A stretch of DNA of 29,427 nt from Chlorobiota bacterium (GTDB lineage: Bacteria > Bacteroidota > Ignavibacteria > SZUA-365 > JAADGX01): contig JAADGX010000212.1 of the NCBI GenBank assembly GCA_013152135.1, positions 1 to 29,427 of the forward strand, written 5' to 3'. The first letter of the stretch is position 1; each line of letters opens with the position of its first letter. The notes under the pieces were generated by a model. That model ran no database searches and was not told the DNA's origin. It saw only the letters and a list, made by a program, of their open reading frames with translations. The position numbers and the translations under genes are program-made. Shown in pieces: positions 25,452 to 29,427 of the stretch.

Positions 25452-27389
25452 TTATCCGAGAAACAGCAATCCGAGGATGCACAGGATGCCGAAGAAAATG
25501 ATTGCCGCGTAGTTCTGCACAACGCCGGTCTGGATTCTCTTCAAGACATCGGCCAGCGCCCTGGTCATTTTCGCGCTCCCGTTCACGATCCCGTCGATGA
25601 CCCCGACGTCGAACGTAAGCCACAGGAATTTTTCCGAACCTTTGACCACCGGGTCCACGATGGCGGTGTGGTAAGCTTCGTCCACGTAGTACTTGTTCAG
25701 CAGCAGGGAATACAGCCACCGGTACGATTGCACGAACCTGTCCGCGATGTCGAACCGGCGGGTGTAAATGGTGCGTCCCATGTACCAGCCGACTATCGCC
25801 ACGACCACGCTGATGAGCATGAGGCCGATTTCCAGTCCCGTTTCGTGGTGGGCGGGCAGGGCGAGAATACGCGCGGCCGGATCCAGAACGGGCGCCAGCC
25901 AGGACTCGAACGGGTTGTGCTCGGTGATGAAGGCGGGCATACCGACAAATCCTCCCACGGCCGCCAATCCTGCCAGGATAATGAGCGGAATGGTCATGGT
26001 GGAAGGCGACTCGTGTGGGTGCTTGTCCGGGCCCCAACGCGGTTTGCCTTCGAACGTCAGGCTTACCATGCGGAACATGTAGAACGCGGTGAAGAGCGCC
26101 GCCGTCGCCCCGATAAGCCATAACAGCAAGGAGCCGTCCGCAAACGAACGCCACAGGATCTCGTCCTTGCTGAAAAACCCGGACAAGGGCGGAAACCCGG
26201 CGATGGCGAAAGACGATATGAGGAACGTCCAGTAGGTGATCGGCATCACCCGTTTGAGGCCGCCCATGTGGCGGATATCCTGTTCTTCGTGCATGGCGTG
26301 AATGACGGAGCCGCTGCCAAGAAACAGGCAGGCCTTGAAGAAGGCATGGGTCATGACATGGAAAATACCTACGGCGAACGCTCCCACTCCCATGGCCATG
26401 AACATGTAGCCGAGCTGAGAAACGGTGGAATAGGCCAGGACCTTCTTGATATCGTTTTGCACCAGGCCGATGGACGCGGCCACGATGGCGGTCAAGGCGC
26501 CGATGACCGCGATGATGATCATGGTATCCGGAGAAAGAGCGAACAGGACGGAACACCGCGCAACCATGTACACGCCCGCCGTCACCATGGTCGCGGCATG
26601 GATGAGGGCGCTGACGGGCGTCGGGCCGGCCATGGCGTCGGGAAGCCAGACGAAGAGTGGTATTTGCGCCGACTTGCCCGTGGCCCCGACGAACAACAGC
26701 AGCGTGATCCAGAAGATCGGCTCGTAGCCCGGAGTGTAATTCTGCGCCGCGTCGAACACCGTGTTGAAATGCAGAGACCCGAATTCCTTGAAAATCAGGA
26801 ACATGGCCAGCATGAAGCCGAAATCACCGATGCGGTTTACGATGAATGCCTTGTTGCCCGCGTCACCGGTCCAGGTAATGGAGACTCCGGGGAATTTCTT
26901 GTCGTACCAGAAGCCGATGAGCAAGTAGGAGCAGAGACCGACTCCTTCCCATCCCAGGAACATCAGCAGGAAGTTATCGGCGAGCACCAGGTTGAGCATG
27001 GCGAAGATGAACAGGTTCAGGTAGGTGAAGAACCGCCAGAAACCCCGGTCGCCGTGCATGTAGCCGATGGAGTACACGTGAATGAGAAAACCGACGCCGG
27101 TGACGATGAGCACCATGAGCAGCGAAAGCGGGTCGACCTGGTAAGCGATCTGGACGTGGAAGCTGCCGGTGGATATCCAGTCGAAAATGGGGACCATGAA
27201 ACTGCGGGCTTCGGGATCGTAGCCCAGGAGCTCGATGAAAATGCCTGCGCCGACGAGAAACGAAAGACCCACGGCCGCGCTGCCGATGGCTCCGACCAGT
27301 TTTTCACTCTTGATGAACCTTCCCAGCAGCCCGTTGAAGAGGAACCCCAGGAGAGGGAAGAGGATGATGAGAAACGCGTATTCGTGCAT
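25452..27389 (-). CDS. nuoL: NADH-quinone oxidoreductase subunit L
   Basis: DPLS, IHVYSIGYM, GWEGVGLCSYLLIGFW, NRIGDFG, GKSAQIPLFVWLPDAMAGPTPVSALIHAATMVTAG, DIKKVLAYST, HAFFKA; C-terminal HL helix ending QTG..QNY. Confidence 0.97.
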   Translation of the reverse strand: MHEYAFLIILFPLLGFLFNGLLGRFIKSEKLVGAIGSAAVGLSFLVGAGIFIELLGYDPEARSFMVPIFDWISTGSFHVQIAYQVDPLSLLMVLIVTGVGFLIHVYSIGYMHGDRGFWRFFTYLNLFIFAMLNLVLADNFLLMFLGWEGVGLCSYLLIGFWYDKKFPGVSITWTGDAGNKAFIVNRIGDFGFMLAMFLIFKEFGSLHFNTVFDAAQNYTPGYEPIFWITLLLFVGATGKSAQIPLFVWLPDAMAGPTPVSALIHAATMVTAGVYMVARCSVLFALSPDTMIIIAVIGALTAIVAASIGLVQNDIKKVLAYSTVSQLGYMFMAMGVGAFAVGIFHVMTHAFFKACLFLGSGSVIHAMHEEQDIRHMGGLKRVMPITYWTFLISSFAIAGFPPLSGFFSKDEILWRSFADGSLLLWLIGATAALFTAFYMFRMVSLTFEGKPRWGPDKHPHESPSTMTIPLIILAGLAAVGGFVGMPAFITEHNPFESWLAPVLDPAARILALPAHHETGLEIGLMLISVVVAIVGWYMGRTIYTRRFDIADRFVQSYRWLYSLLLNKYYVDEAYHTAIVDPVVKGSEKFLWLTFDVGVIDGIVNGSAKMTRALADVLKRIQTGVVQNYAAIIFFGILCILGLLFLG

Positions 27390-27448
27390 AGGAATATCGA
27401 AAAGTTAGTTGGCGGCTGATGCGGGCACGCTGTATTCGCTCGAAACGG

Positions 27449-27751
27449 TTACCATTTCAGGATGTTGATTTCGTCCAGGTTCACGGTGACGTGGTTGCGG
27501 AACAGGGCCAACACGATGGCCAGTCCCACCGCTGCTTCGGCCGCGGCCACGGCCATCACGAAGAAGACGAGCACCTGGCCTTCCACGCTGCCGAGATAAG
27601 CGGAAAACGCCACCAGGGTCAGGTTGACGGAATTCAACATGAGCTCAATGCACATGAAAATGAGGATGGCGTTCCGGCGGGTCAGGACCCCCACGACGCC
27701 GATGGTGAACAATACGGCACTGAGAATGAGGTAGTAATTAATCGAGAGCAT
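27449..27751 (-). CDS. nuoK: NADH-quinone oxidoreductase subunit K
   Basis: [16 protein letters not shown] (conserved Glu), [15 protein letters not shown] (conserved Glu); 100 aa. Confidence 0.97.
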   Translation of the reverse strand: MLSINYYLILSAVLFTIGVVGVLTRRNAILIFMCIELMLNSVNLTLVAFSAYLGSVEGQVLVFFVMAVAAAEAAVGLAIVLALFRNHVTVNLDEINILKW

Positions 27752-27770
27752 AGACGGTTTTCGCGGTGAT

Positions 27771-28283
27771 TTACGGAAAACGTTTTTTCGCCAGCACGAT
27801 GGCCCCGATCATGGCTGACAGCAGCAGGATCGAAGTCATTTCGAACGGCAGGAGGTACGAATTGTACAACGCCATGCCGATGTATTCCACCGTCCCGATA
27901 TTTGCGGCTTCCGGTGACATCGTGGAGATGACCGGCGCGCCTGCCAGTCCCGTAATAGTGATCATTTCCACGATGAAGGCGGCGCCCAGGACGAACATCA
28001 GGTACTTCGACCAGGGAATATGGTCGTACAGGGCACGTTCGTCCTCCAGGTTCAAAAGCATGATGACGAACAATACCAGCACCATGATCGCTCCCGCGTA
28101 CACCATGATCTGGATGACGGCGAGGAACTGGGCCTTCAAAGTCAGATACAGCCCGGCGAGCGAAATGAAATTAAGAACGAGATAAATAGCGCTGGTAATG
28201 GGGTTCAGACGGGTCACCATCAGCAAGGCGGATGCGACCGCCACGATGGCGAGAAAAGTGAAGAGAACTAAGGTTCCTGACAC
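27771..28283 (-). CDS. nuoJ: NADH-quinone oxidoreductase subunit J
   Basis: [59 protein letters not shown]; GTG start after GGAG. Confidence 0.96.
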   Translation of the reverse strand: MSGTLVLFTFLAIVAVASALLMVTRLNPITSAIYLVLNFISLAGLYLTLKAQFLAVIQIMVYAGAIMVLVLFVIMLLNLEDERALYDHIPWSKYLMFVLGAAFIVEMITITGLAGAPVISTMSPEAANIGTVEYIGMALYNSYLLPFEMTSILLLSAMIGAIVLAKKRFP

Positions 28284-28322
28284 GTTTTCTCCAATGGTAT
28301 TTCAACAGGTAAAACCATGAAA

Positions 28323-28354
28323 CAAATATACCGCACCCGTGCATCTCTACCAAA
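28323..28354 (-). promoter_or_regulatory. Putative promoter of the nuoJ-N operon
   Basis: Minus strand TTTG (28354-28351), 20 nt spacer, TATATTTG (28330-28323), matching the Bacteroidota TTTG-N19-21-TAnnTTTG consensus. It also reads as TTGGTA-17-TATATT. Confidence 0.6.
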
Positions 28355-28383
28355 CAAGGCGTTTCTCCGCGCTCCTGTTGAGA

Positions 28384-29427
28384 TCAGCGGAGGAGGAGGA
28401 TCTTCGCGTAGGTAGCCCGTCCCTGCAGGGAAAGCACGGCGAGGTACGTCCCGGAGGGCAGCGGGAAGCCCTCGTCGGTGGCACCGTTCCACGTGAGGCG
28501 GTTTGCACCCCTCCGGAAACTCCTGTCTTTGAATTCCGCCACGACGCGGCCTCCGCTGTCGTAAATCCGGAGCGATCCTTCAGCTGCCTTCGACGTCGTG
28601 ATGGAGAACGTGACCACATCCCGTGCCGGGGAAGGGAAAGCCGTGATCGCGAAATCGACCGGTTTGCTGCGACGAGGCGACACGGCCAGGATCGATTCCA
28701 GTTTGAAATCCCATATCCCGCGGCCGTAGGTGCCGAACCGCGCTGTCTTCAGTTGCGGAACGTAATCCACCGTCCAGTAGGTCTGGTCCGGCGTTGTGGC
28801 TCCGGCGATATCGTACCACGTGCTGTCGGCGAAGTTGAACGCGTAAGGTCCCACCGCGGTGGCTGCAAACAGCAACTTTTCGTCTGGGGTCACGGCCAAC
28901 TCGTACACCAGTGTCTTGGGCAGACCGCGGTTCATGGGGATAAAGGTGTCGCCGTTGTCGGTCGTGACGAACACGCCGGGATTGGAATAACCGCTCCCAC
29001 CGATGAAGATCGTACCCGGTGTTTTTAGAGAAGGCGCGATGGCGCTGCCGTAGAAGTAGTGATTCTTCGGGGCTTTGAAATCCGGGGTTTGCGTCCAGGT
29101 TTTGCCTCCGTCCGTGGAACGGAAGAAGTGGCCGGCGCTGGTCAAAACGTAGAGCACGTCGAAATCGAAAGGCGACACGGCGATGGCCGAAACTCTCACC
29201 TTCGCATTCCCCAGGCTGAAATCAAACGGAAGCTCGGAAGCGATGATCTTGTTCTGTTCCTTGCTGAACGTGAGGTAGGTGATCTTGCTTTCGCCCGTTG
29301 TTCCACCCACGGCCACGAAAGCCGAGTACGGATCGGCAGGGTCTGCGGTAACGGGAGGTAGCCATAACCGTGACCGTTCCTTGAAACTCCACGTCCTGTT
29401 CCTGGGCGAAGGATCGGTGGAGCTGGG
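28384..29427 (-). CDS. Secreted Asp-box (BNR) repeat beta-propeller protein with FlgD-Ig/T9SS-type C-terminal domain (3' part, begins beyond the right edge)
   Basis: The frame is open to 29427 (PSSTDPSPRNRTWSFK...), so the track's 29316 start is not the real start. Asp-boxes FRSTDGGKTW and FVTTDNGDTF; ARFGTYGRGIWDF; C-terminus AFPSPARD...LRIYDSGGRVV...WNGATDEG..LPSGTY. Confidence 0.85.
   Translation of the reverse strand, partial: PSSTDPSPRNRTWSFKERSRLWLPPVTADPADPYSAFVAVGGTTGESKITYLTFSKEQNKIIASELPFDFSLGNAKVRVSAIAVSPFDFDVLYVLTSAGHFFRSTDGGKTWTQTPDFKAPKNHYFYGSAIAPSLKTPGTIFIGGSGYSNPGVFVTTDNGDTFIPMNRGLPKTLVYELAVTPDEKLLFAATAVGPYAFNFADSTWYDIAGATTPDQTYWTVDYVPQLKTARFGTYGRGIWDFKLESILAVSPRRSKPVDFAITAFPSPARDVVTFSITTSKAAEGSLRIYDSGGRVVAEFKDRSFRRGANRLTWNGATDEGFPLPSGTYLAVLSLQGRATYAKILLLR

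Noticed and set aside
25452-25750. Possible '2M'-type expanded complex I
   Set aside because: There is only one nuoM, the inserted gene is not an Mrp-type subunit, and the NuoL lateral helix is not visibly lengthened.
11862-27419. Long antisense ORFs (e.g. 11862..13013, 2820..3743, 10533..11483, 21668..22558, 23963..25189, 26268..27419, 24447..25442, 25432..26556)
   Set aside because: They lie entirely over well-supported genes, carry no recognisable motifs, and are expected from GC-rich codon bias.
1-29427. CRISPR arrays, tRNA/rRNA genes, transposases, integrases, defence systems
   Set aside because: I saw no regularly spaced repeats, cloverleaf with T-loop consensus, or recombinase/nuclease motifs. 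Nearly all sequence is accounted for by the listed genes.

Overview
Ordinary chromosomal window from a moderately GC-rich bacterium of the Bacteroidota-Chlorobi-Ignavibacteria neighbourhood. The lineage is inferred from two T9SS-type C-terminal sorting domains, several signal peptides cleaved before Gln, and Shine-Dalgarno use. Contents in order: (i) the 5' 538 codons of a large secreted protein running off the left edge, absent from the ORF track; (ii) a trehalose/osmostress cluster DUF5752-treT-otsB-mscS-otsA, followed by dapF and an MgtC/DUF4010 membrane protein; (iii) a stand-alone ~994-aa secreted multiheme cytochrome c (7 CxxCH + 2 CxxxCH) fused to an EB_dh/DOMON-like domain and a T9SS sorting domain; (iv) mutT-mutY behind a ~200-nt structured leader that may be a short 6S-like RNA; (v) a eukaryote-type citrate synthase, a CBM9/DUF5916 protein, vanZ and nnr; (vi) a detached complex I membrane-arm operon nuoJKLM-[IT-family putative Na+/H+ antiporter]-nuoN with its own promoter; (vii) the 3' end of an Asp-box/T9SS secreted protein at the right edge. 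No CRISPR array, tRNA, rRNA or transposase was seen. The best candidates for something undescribed are the antiporter inside the nuo operon, the T9SS-targeted cytochrome fusion, the combined TreT + OtsAB + MscS operon and the putative ncRNA. All family assignments come from motif recognition by eye, not database searches.
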